64,000 nucleotides of DNA from Hypanus sabinus (lineage: Eukaryota): contig NC_082730.1 of the NCBI RefSeq assembly GCF_030144855.1, positions 2,852,001 to 2,916,000 of the forward strand. Reading direction: 5' to 3'. Under the pieces are notes generated by a model. It saw only the letters and a list, made by a program, of their open reading frames with translations, searched no databases and was not told the DNA's origin. Position numbers and translations under genes: made by a program. Positions 37,301 through 48,208 of this stretch are shown here, piece after piece; within the stretch, counting starts at the first letter, position 1, and the number at the start of each line of letters is the position of its first letter.

Positions 37301-38999
37301 CCAGTCTAAAGGACAGCTTCTGTCATCTATATCATTATATCATCACCATGTGCTGTGTTGTATAATGTGGGTGATCATGGTTTTTGACCATGATTGTTCT
37401 TGCCAATATTTTCTACACAAGTGGCTTGCCATTGCCTTCTTCTGGACAGTGTCTTTATAAGATGGGTGACACCATCCATTATCAATACTCTTCAGAGACT
37501 GTCTGCCTAGAGTTAGTGGTCACAGAACCAGGACTTGTGATATGCACCAACTGCTCATCTGACCAACCATCGCCTGCTCCCTCAGCATCATGGAGCCCTG
37601 ATCAGTGCCAGGGGTTGGGGGAGGGGAGTCTCTAAGTTTTAGTTGCTACAGTTTACCCAAGATTCACCCGCAGGCCAGTGGAGGGAAGGAGCACCTCATA
37701 CCTCCTTTGGTAGAGAAGTATCTCCACCTCACCATTCACCAGCTTCTATAATCTGTTATCAGACCTTAGAACAGTTTCCAGTTATAATAAAATTACAGCT
37801 TGATCTCACAATTTACCTCGCTTTGACATTGGCCACTATTGTCCACCTGCACTGCACTTCTCTGTAAATGCAACACTTTATTCTGTATTCTGTTATTGTT
37901 TTTTTCTTTTACCTTCTCAATGCACTTGTCATGAACTGAGCTGTATAAAGAGTATCCAGACAAGTTTTCACATTTGTACCTGTAACAATAATAACCAATT
38001 TATCAATTTCTCCACAATGAATACAAATGAGAAGTATTCATTTCAGACCTCACCCATCTCCTGTGGCCCCACACAGAGATGGTCTTATCATTCCTTATTA
38101 TCTCCCGAGTTACCCTTGTTCTTAATTTAATTGGAGAATATTTTAGGATTGTCTCATCTGCCAGTGCTGTCCTTTTACCCTCCTGATTCCTTCTTGTGTT
38201 CTCCTACATCCCTTTTACTCCTCAAGCGATTTACCTGACCCCAACCTATACTTCTTTGTTTTTCTTTACCAAAGCCTCAATACCCCTCTTCAATCAGCAT
38301 TCCCTAACCTTACAATTTTTTCCCTTCACTCTTAACAGTATACTCTCTCAGAACTCTCGTTACCTTTTTTTTTCCTACAAGGCTCTCACTTGTCAGACTT
38401 CTCAAAATCAAAGTTCCGCGATAAAATTTCCACTTTGCCAAAAGTTTTAACTGCACTCAGACCTCAAAATAACACTTCATCCAGTACGCTAGTCTCCACA
38501 CCCTCAACACTCATGCATTGCTCTCTGCCACCTTTGCAGCCTCACACCATCACCGAAAAGCAGCTGCCGCCATCCAAAACCCAAACAGCCTCTCCTGGTC
38601 AACCATAGCCAGTTCTTGTATAACGCCTTCAGAATTAGTCTTGTCCCAATATACTGGCAAGCTGGATGGAATCCAAACCCACATGGATAACTTGACTCAC
38701 ATCACCATTGAAGAGGAAAAGATATTCTTATTACTGAGAATTCAGAAATAATAAGGGGGTGATAACTTTGGTGGAATTCTACTATTAGCCTCTAGTCTGT
38801 GGGAATTACAGGACCAAATATGTAAGATCACAGATAAATGTGAAAGAACAATTAGATTTCAATGGTCAGCATTCTTAATTTCCATAATATTGACTGGGAC
38901 TACCATAGTGTTGAACGTTTGGATGAGTTTGAATTGGTTGATTCCAGAAAAGTTTTCTGAGACAATTTCCCCTGGACAAACACAAGCCATTAGCCGTAA

Positions 39000-40298
39000 G
39001 TGTTACATTTGTGGGGGCTCGTCCAGGATATAATTCTATGGATGCTGTGTGACCACTCTGCTTAAATAAAATACAGTTTGGGATGGTGGTAGCTGCTTTT
39101 CGGTGATGGTGTGAGGATGAGAAGCTGGCAGAGAGTAATGCGTGAGTGTTGAGGGTGTGGACACTAGCGTACTGGATGAAGTGTTATTTCGAGGTCTGAG
39201 TGCAGTTAAAACTTTTGGCAAAGTGGAAATTTTATCGCAGAACTTTGATTTTGAGGCAGGTACAGATATGGTGCTAGCTCAGACGAGTGAGGACATAACA
39301 CGGGCGGAGTTGCCAGAGGAGACTGGCATCCCCAGAGAGGCGGGGCCATGGCACCAGCAGAGTGTGGTGGAGGGAGGGGCCAAAGCTCAGTGAGCAGAGT
39401 TACCAGCAGAGGCGGGGAGGAGATCTTGGGGAACAGATTCTTTCGGTGCTGCAGGATGAAGGGAAGGAGTGGTCAGATTTGGAAAAGTTGGTCATTTCCC
39501 GCTCCACAGTGAAAGGCGAGAGTTCTGAGTTGGCCTCTGCACTTACCTCCTTGGCGAGAAGGGTAGAGGGGCCCTACCAGAAGATAAGAGTTTTCTCAGG
39601 GATAACACCCACTCCCGAGGGTAAAGAGGATTATGAGACATGGGTAGAGCAAACGTCACAGTTGTTAAGTGGGAGGACTCTGTCTACAGGGTGAGATCCT
39701 CAGTTGTAGCTGCCGGTGGGAATGGGAGAGGAGCCAGCTCCACCTGGCAACTGATAAAGGAGGTGGTGGCCGAGCTGAGGACAGAGGGGTTGGTAGGGAG
39801 GGCTTTGCCCACCCCCCCCCCCCAGAGGACAGACAGCACAGCACGCTGTGAATAGCAGGAGGTCTGCGAGAAGAGGGATGGCTGGTACCACGTGCTTTAA
39901 CTGTGGGAAAGAGGGGCACTTGCGTAGAGACTCTGAGTGGCAGTGGGTGTGCTATCACTGCGGGGAGGTGGGCCACTTCCTGCGGGAACATGAGCAGCCG
40001 GAAGCCTCTAGAAGGGCGAGTTCCCGGGTATCCAAGAAGAAAGAGATGTCAGGAAACTTGGAGAGGACGCTGTGAGGGAATGGCCTGATGTCTTTCGGGG
40101 AACACATTCCCAGCAACGTACCAAGGAACCCCCGAAATCAAAAGACTCGATTCCAGAAGGATTAGTGCAACCTCGCTCTAGCGTGTCATTACGGATTGAG
40201 GGAATATATACTAAAGCCATACTCGACACTGGGTCGCAGGTCACGCTACTATACTGTTTGTTTTACAACCAATATTTAAAGCATTTGCCATTGACCCC
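39000..40298 (+). mobile_element. Truncated Gypsy element with PNMA-like gag, copy A
   Basis: tRNA-Pro PBS TGGGGGCTCGTCCAGGAT at 39012-39029; RVFSGITPTPEGKEDYETWVEQT; two CCHC knuckles; protease ILDTGSQV cut at the duplication junction. Confidence 0.85.
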
Positions 40299-40461
40299 AT
40301 GTTTAAAAATGAGAACCATTCTCATGAAAGTCAGTGAACATAAGTAAACATTTTTTTGTAAAAGAGCACAGATCAGACACACAGTAAAACTCCATCAGCA
40401 CTGTCTTATTGAACAGTCTGGGCAGCCTCTCTAAATTCCAGTTGCTCCCTCTGACACTCAC

Positions 40462-40731
40462 CAGATTTGGTCATTTCACAGATGTCTCCTAGCCAGATCT
40501 CTGTTATTTCGTTACTGATGGCGTTCCAGGCCTCACACTTGTACAGGACTTCTTTAACCCCTTTCTCCTCTCCATGTTGCTGGAGGTGATAGTGGCTGCC
40601 ACTTCCCACAGCCTCTCCTCCCCTCCACCACCTGAAGCTGATGGAGCTGCCAGAATTTGCAGAGCAGATCAAGGTGATATTGCAAGTCTTGGCAGTGTAC
40701 TGAACCTTGATGTCTGTACCTGACACAGGAT
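40462..40731 (-). CDS. IgC2 (SLAM-type) exon, copy B
   Basis: 270 bp, phase 1-1, intact GT-AG. Encodes DPVSGTDIKVQYTAKTCNITLICSANS...YKCEAWNAISNEITEIWLGDICEMTKS, with four conserved cysteines. Confidence 0.9.
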
Positions 40732-43700
40732 CTGAGGTTGAGACAGAAAAAAGAAAAGTGAATTTAGAAGATCCTTTTGGACGCCTTATTCCCCAACTCC
40801 TGCATTCCATCCCAACAGAACCACATGAAATTTAATCCAATCCCAACTCATTTCCAACCCAACAGTTTAACTCTTCCTCACCCTTCAGTTCAGACAGTTA
40901 CTGCTGGAGGAAGTTCCCACAAGTGCTGCACCCTTTTTCACAACAGTTACTCATAAAGCTCCGTCATGTCTTGCTGATGTCTCTGTGTTCCAGGAATTCG
41001 CTCCAGCTCCATTTCTTTGTTCAGTAGAAACTTTCTGTTAGACCATTCAGCCCCGTCCTGTCTGCTCCCCATTGAGCAATATCATGGCTGATTGCCCTCC
41101 ACCTCATTTTCCTGCACCAAACTCACATCCTTTAATTCCCTTGATATCCAAAAGCCATCCACATCTACCTTGAATACCCCACGTGACTGAACTTCTGTAG
41201 TCCTCTTCAATAAAGAGTTGTGGAAATTCACTGGCCTCTGGGTGTGATTTTTCCAGTGTATTTCTTCCTTTCTTAGTCTGGAGTAGCTGAGCTCATATTC
41301 TGTCACTCCAGCCAGGGGTCCATCCTGCTGAACCCTATGAGGTGTTTGGATGTTTCAGTGTGATCACCTCTCATCCCCTCAGTTTCCAGTAGACACCACC
41401 GTAGAAGGCCAACTCTCAAATAATGATGAGTCAGAGCCTAGGAGTGAGGTAAAGAGCCTCGTGATGTGCCACCATGTCAGCCATCTTCCTCAATGTCAGC
41501 AAAGCAAAAGAGTTGGTCATTGACTTCAAAAAGTTTGGGGGGTGGTTTGGTGTGGAGAGTGAGGATAGACAATGTTGCACACAATCCTTAACCTCAACAG
41601 TGCTGAAGCTGAGATGGCTGAAGTTCCCAGGACTGAACATCACCTATAAACAGTCCTCGTCAAACTCAATAAAGGTTCAAAGGTTCATATGATCGTTAAA
41701 GTATGTATGTACAATACAACTCTGATATTTGTCTACTTCAGAGAGCCACTAAATACAGAAAGAAATGGTGCTGATGAATGAAAAGCCATCAACTCTTCCC
41801 CGACACAAAAAAAGAGAAACAAAAGTCACAGTCCCCAAAAACCCCCATTTCCCACAGCAAAAAAAGCAACAATAATCATCCCCAACACCTCTCACTCACA
41901 GAAAAGACTAGCGACAATAACAGTTCCCGACCCTCTCACTCGCAAAAATTAACTGCAACAATAACAGACCCCAGCCCACTCACTTGCAGAAAAGAAGAGC
42001 ACTTTTAACAGACTAAACACCATTGGCATGCCCCCTTTATCCAGCTTTTATTGATGCACCATAGAAAGCATCATGGATGCATCACACTTGTTATGGCAAC
42101 TGTTTTGTATGTGACTGCAAGAAACTGCAGAGAGTTGTGAACATACCTAAGTAAATCATGGAAACCTGCCTCCTCTCCATGTACTCTGTCTGCAATTCAC
42201 TTACAACATAGAAAAGACAGCATGCCAGAGATTAGAACAGTCATAAAGTCAGAGAAAATTACAGCACAGCAACAGCGCTTTGGTCCACCTGCTCCATGCC
42301 AAAATCATTTAAACCATCTACTCATTCATCCAGTGCCGGGAACATAGCCCTCCAGACAGTACCATCCATGTACCTATCCAAACTGCTTTCAAGAAGGAGC
42401 TAGATAGATATCTGATGGATAGGGGAATCAAGGGATATGGGGACAAGGCAGGGACTGGGTATTGATAGTGAATGATCAGCCATGATCTCAGAATGGCAGT
42501 GCAGACTCGAGGGGCCGAATGGTCTACTTCTGCACCTATTGTCTATTGTCTATTGTCTAAATGTTGAAATTGAGATTGTGTGCACCGCTTCTGGTGACAG
42601 CTCATTTAAAATTTTTCCCTCATATTCCCCCTAAACTTTTCAACTTTCACCCTTAACCTATGACCTCTGGTTGTAGTCCTACCCAACCGCAGTGGAAAAA
42701 AGACTGCTTGCATTTACTCTATTTATACTCTCATAAGTTTGTATACCTCAATCCAATCTCTCCTCATCCTTTTATGTTCCAAGGAATAATGTCTAACCTG
42801 TTCAATCTTTCCTTATAACTCACGTCCTCCAGACCCGGAAACACCCTTGTAAATTTTCTCTGTATTCTTTCAACATTATTTATCTCTTTCCTGTAGGTAG
42901 GATACCAAAATTGCACATAATACTCCAATGTAGGCCTCACCAACATTTTATACAACTTCAACTAATGTGGCAACTCCTGTACTCAATACATTGATTTATG
43001 AAAGCTAATGTTCCAAAATTCTTCTTTATGACCCCATCTACCTCTGACACCTCTTTCAATGAATTAAAGACCTGTATTCCTAGATCCCTTCGTTCTACCA
43101 CACTCCCCAGTGGCATAGCTTTCACAGTGTAAGACCTACCCTGGTTGGTGATACCAAAGTAAAACACCTCACACTTATCGGCATTAAATGCCATTTTTCA
43201 GTCCATTTTCAGCTGGTCCAGACCTCGCTGTACGATCTGATGGTCTTACTTTCTGTCTACTACATCCATAATGGCCTCCTCCTGCTATTTCTCATTTTCT
43301 ATGTTATCCCTCCAATGGGAACCATTTAACCCTGGGATGGAAGAGAGAACATTTCTCAGCGAAACTCTAGCTGGATGTTGCTGGGTGAGATTATTTTCAA
43401 TGGTTCACTGGTTCAACTTAATATCAGAGAATGTACACAATATACAACCTGAAATTCTCACTCTTCACACACATCCCCAAAACAGGAAAACCGCAAAGGA
43501 TGACCGACAGAAAAATGTTAGAACCACAAAGCCCCCCACACCCCTCCCATGTACAAGCAACAGCAAAGCATAAACCTTCCCCCCTTCCCGTTCCACCCAC
43601 ATTCCAGCAGGAAGCATCAGCCCCACACACCTTCAGGGCAGTTTTAACAAAGCCCCCAAAGAGACCATGATCTAGGTCCATCAAAAACTACAGTCCACAT

Positions 43701-44582
43701 ACCAGCACTTCAACATGCCAGAGAGAGAGAGAGGTGTCGCCCCTTCCACAGGGAGTGAGGAAACCAACAAACAGCTCACTGTTTCGATATTACAGTCTAC
43801 AGTCTGCTTTGAATGTAATGTTACTGACAGAGTGAGTCAGGAAACATATTGCTGCGGGTGAGTGTGCTGTTGTGTCGGTGTACTGTGTCACTCACTGGGA
43901 CACTATATTCAGTGTTATGAATACACAGGGTCCCACTCAGCACAGCACAGCATGAAGGCTGAGGAATAAACACTTTGTTGAGCTCAGTCTGGGCAATTAA
44001 CAAGCAGTGTCCTGGGAAACTGATGGGATAACTGGAATCCCTGAACATGACAGACCAGATCTCCAACTGGGGATACAGTGACCACAGACCATTCACCCCT
44101 CTACAGACCCTCCCACCTTATGGGTCCATTGTTCAGTTCAGGGCTCCCATGTGTCAAGCACAGAAACAGTAATGGAAAGAGGCCATTCAGCCCATCTCAC
44201 GATCACTGTGCTGTCCTGAGCTAGTCTCATTTTACTCCACACCTTTCATCCATGAACCTATCTAAATGGTTTTTAAACACTCAACTTGTAATCACATCTT
44301 CCATAGTCCACCCCGAGTGCTGATCTCCTCCGGACTCAGTGTAATGAGGGTCACCATTAATACTTCTCGGTCCCTGTCTTAGTCTCCGGGGATGTGCTGG
44401 GTGTGTCCCCCAGCCTCACACTGTCTCAGTCCCACTACGGTGGGACCGTGAGCCCAGCTCTGGACACGGGCAGTCTGTGGGGTTCGGTAAGCAGGGGAAC
44501 ACACAGGATCTGCCCTCACCCATTAATTAGGGGTGTTTCAGCAACTGAAGAAACCCGAGCCCCTCTGTGGCGTCTCACTCAC

Positions 44583-44903
44583 CGTCCACCTGCAGTCGGA
44601 TTACTCTCTGAGTCTGTGCTCCTGAACTTGCTGTAACAGTCAGCTCATAATCACCAGTGTCCTCTCTCTGTAGATCACGGATTTCCAGGCTGAAGGTCCC
44701 GGGATGAAGAGTTATCTGTCGCTTGTACTCCACAGATCCGTAATATTCACTGTTCCCGTTTGAATATGTCACTATCTTCTTTCTGGGTGACAACAGTCTC
44801 CACACAAGCTGAGCCACATCCGGTTCGACTGGGATCTCAGGAGGTAAGGAGACCGAGCCTCCCCGAGCTCCATTCACAGTGGTAGGGGAAGCCCCAGTCC
44901 CAG
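44583..44903 (-). CDS. IgV exon (cysteine-free, CD2/SLAM type), copy B
   Basis: 321 bp, phase 1-1, intact GT-AG. Encodes AGTGASPTTVNGARGGSVSLPPEIPVEPDVAQLVWRLL...DTGDYELTV...LQVD. Confidence 0.9.
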
Positions 44904-45522
44904 CTGAGGAGACAAGAGGAGACAGTCAGCAGGTGTGCTCAGTGACTGGAGGAGGAATCAGACTGGGAGAATCAGAGTTACAAGAGTGGACGATGGGTCT
45001 CATTGTTTGGCTCCCGGCCCTGTGAGAGAAGCAGCCCACCATTCCAACAGTACACGGTAAGCTCAAAGGGGGAACAGAGTGAAGACTCTCTGCACCCGGT
45101 CCGGAGGATGGAAGTTGCAGCCTGCAGCCGGATATCAAAGGCAGGTCAGGGGAGCAACGTCATGGAAAATGATACCCAGTCTGGAGAAGGGTTGGGTGGG
45201 GTGCTTGGGGAGGTGAACATGTTGGGGGAACATGGGATAAATGGAAGTGTGTGAGTTGAGTGAGGTACTAAGGGAGCTCGGAGTGAGGCCTTGTAGGGCA
45301 CATCCACAAATCCCTGAAGGAGGAGTGAGGGAGGGGATGAGGAGCAAGGAGGCGATGAGGCAGTTTGTTGCTCATGGCATAGGTTCTGTGAACAGGTTGG
45401 AGGGGGGAGCGGATGATCATAGCAGTGTGGGTAGACAGCAAGTAGGAGGATTCAGCAGTATGATGAGATGGGAGTTGGTAAATATTTCCACTGACACAGA
45501 AGCTGTAGATGACCTTGCACAA

Positions 45523-48208
45523 GTTCTGGCACCCTGCAGGCCACAGGTTCCGACACCCCCAGATCTAGATCCAGCTCGGACGAGTATCCTGACCCTCTCC
45601 AGACTGGGACCATTATTACTGCCGCTAAGTCCTACCGCTCGTCTTATTCCTCTTCTACCCCCTATCCTCCCCGCAACTCCCAAACTTCCCTCCACTCCTC
45701 ATCCCTCCTCCATTCCTCTCATCCCGCATCCTCCTCTCAGCCCGCTTTCCCTGAACATCCCAAACCCCCTCTCCCTCGTGAGACCTCCCACTCTTTACCC
45801 TCCTCTGACCCCAGCCCCAACCATTGCCATGTCTTCACCATCTCCTCTGACCTTCCCCTCTCTGAGGCAGAGTGTTCTGTCCTCAGCAAGGGCTTCACTT
45901 CTGACCCCCTCCGTCCACACCTCAGTGAGTTCTGTGCCCGGCATGACGCTGAACTCTTCTTCCGTCACCTACATCTCCGAGCTGACTACTTTAACAAGGA
46001 TTCCCCTCCCCCTATTGATGACCCCTTCTCCCATCTTCAACCGTCCTCCTCCTCCTGGACACCCCCACCGGGCCTTCAACCTGCACTCGATCGTTTCATG
46101 TCCAACTTCACCATTCCTCTCTTCTGTTCCAACCTCACTCCCTCTGAACACTCTGCCCTCCACTCCTCTGCACTAATCCTAACCTCACCATCAAACCCGC
46201 AGACAAAGTGGTAACGTAGTGGTCTGGCGGACTGACCTCTGCTTCACTGAGACCAAGTGGCAGCTCTCTGACACCTCCTCTTACTTACCCCTGGAACAGG
46301 ACCCCACCAAAAAACATCAAACCATTGTCTGCCATACCATAACTTCCCTTATCAACTCCAGAGACCTTCTATCCTCAGCCAAAAAACTCATAATTCCCAC
46401 ACCCCACACTGCTCGCTTTTACCTCCTCCCCAAGATCCACAAGCCTGGTAGGCCAATAGTTTTGGCCTGCTCCTGCCCCACTGAACTTGTATCTGCCTAC
46501 CTGGACTTCATTTTGTCACCCAGTTCAGTCCCTCCCCACCTACATCCAGGATACAACCCATGCCCTTCACCTCTTCAATAACTTCCAGTTTCCTGGTTCC
46601 AAACGCTTCATACTCACTATGAATGTCCAATCCTTACACACTTCAATTCCCCATCAAGAAGGCCTCAAAGCCCTCCACTACTTTCTTGATAATGGACCTC
46701 ACCAGTTCCCCAACACCACCACACTCCTCTGGTTGGCGGAACTGGTACTCACACTTAATAACTTCTCTTTTGGCTCTTCCCACTTTCTTCAGACCAAGGG
46801 TGTAGCTATGGGCACTCGCATGGGCCCCAGCTATGCCTGCCCCTTCGTGGGTTACATGGAACAGTCTATGCTTCAAATCTATACTGCTCCCCAACTTTTC
46901 CTCGTCAATTTCATCGACTTTGCCTCTAACTTTCACCCTGCCCTCAAATTCACTCGGTCCATCTCGGACACTTCTCTCCCCTTTCTCAATCTCTCAGTCT
47001 ACATCTCTGGACACAGACTGTCCACTAACATCTTCTATAAACCCACTGACTCTCATAACTACCTCGACTATACCTCTTCTCACCCTGCCAAATGTAAAAA
47101 TGCTGTTCCCTATTCCACCGCATCTGCTCCCAGGATGAGGCTTTCTATTCCAGGACATCTCAAATATCCTCTTTCTTTAAAAATCCTGGTTTCCATTCTG
47201 TCATTATCAATGATGCCCTTACCCGCATCTCCTCCATTTCCTGCACCCCATTCTCCCATCAGCACAACAGGGACTGTGTTCCCCTTGTCCTCACTTATCA
47301 TTCCACCAGCCTCCAGATCCAGCATATTATCCTTTGCAACTTCTGCCACCTTCAACAGGACCCCAACACGAAGTACATCTTTCCCTATCTACCCCTCTCC
47401 ACTTTTCGCAGGGATCATTCCCTCTGTGACTGCCTGGTCCACAAGTCCCTCCCCACAGATCTCCCATTTGGTACATATCCCTGCCAGCGTAAGTGCTACA
47501 CCTGTCCCTACACCTCCTCTCTTGCCACCATTCAGGGCTCCAAACAGTCCTTCCAGGTGAGGCAACACTTCACTTGTGAGTCTGTAGGGGTCATCTATTG
47601 CATCCGGTGCTCCCAGTGCAGCCTCCTCTACATCAGCGAGATCTGACGCAGATCACCTCCGCTCTGTCCGCCACAGGATCTCCCGGTTGCAACCCACTTC
47701 AACTATGCATCACGTTCCCATTCGGATATGACTATGCATGGCCTCCTCTACAGCCATGATGAGGCCAAACTCGGGTTGGAGGAGCAACACCTCATATACC
47801 ATCTGAGTGGTCTCCAGCCCCTTGGTATGAACATCAAATTCCCCAGCTTCTGGTCATTCCCTCCCTCCCCCATCCCACATTCTCTCTGCATCCTCTTCCA
47901 GCTGCCTATCACCTCTCTCATGATTCTGTCTTCTTCTGCTACCAATAGTGCTTTCCCCTTAGATTCCTTCTTCAGTTATCTGCCTATCCCCTCCCTGCTT
48001 CCCCTCCCCCACCCCTTGATCTTTCCTCTGATTGGTTTTTCACCTGGCACCAACCAGCCTTCTCCTTCCCACCCTCCCCCACCTTCTTTATAGGGCCCCT
48101 GCCCCTCCTTCTTCAGTCCTGATGAAGGGTCTCGGCCCAAAACATTGACTGCTCGTTTCCACGGATGCTGCCCGACCTGCTGAGTTCCTCCAGCGTGTTT
48201 GTACGTGT
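45523..48208 (+). mobile_element. Penelope-like retroelement (RT + GIY-YIG endonuclease), frameshifted, copy B only
   Basis: RT motifs YLLPKIHKP, NNFSF, KGVAMGTRMGPSYA; GIY-YIG-like VIYCIRCSQCSLLYISE; 13-bp TSD TGACCTTGCACAA (45510-45522, 48209-48221); empty site at 28924-28936. Confidence 0.9.
48114..48151 (+). ncRNA. Degenerate minimal type-I hammerhead ribozyme motif in the Penelope terminal region
   Basis: cagtc-CTGATGA-agggtctcggccc-AAAAC-ATT-gactg: stem I and CUGAUGA are intact, while GAAAC and GUC are mutated. Confidence 0.55.

Larger units (their letters stand above)
21026..40298. repeat. Segmental tandem duplication, copy A (contains C2 and V exons)
   Basis: Colinear with 40299-56382. 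Homology starts at atgttt(t/a)aaaatgagaacc (21026/40299) and runs to the PNMA-type Gypsy gag. Confidence 0.95.

Noticed and set aside
45241-46176. 311-aa Pro/Ser/Leu-rich ORF
   Set aside because: It runs from intron sequence across the TSD into the C-rich 5' part of the Penelope element; low complexity explains the lack of stops, and there is no gene structure.
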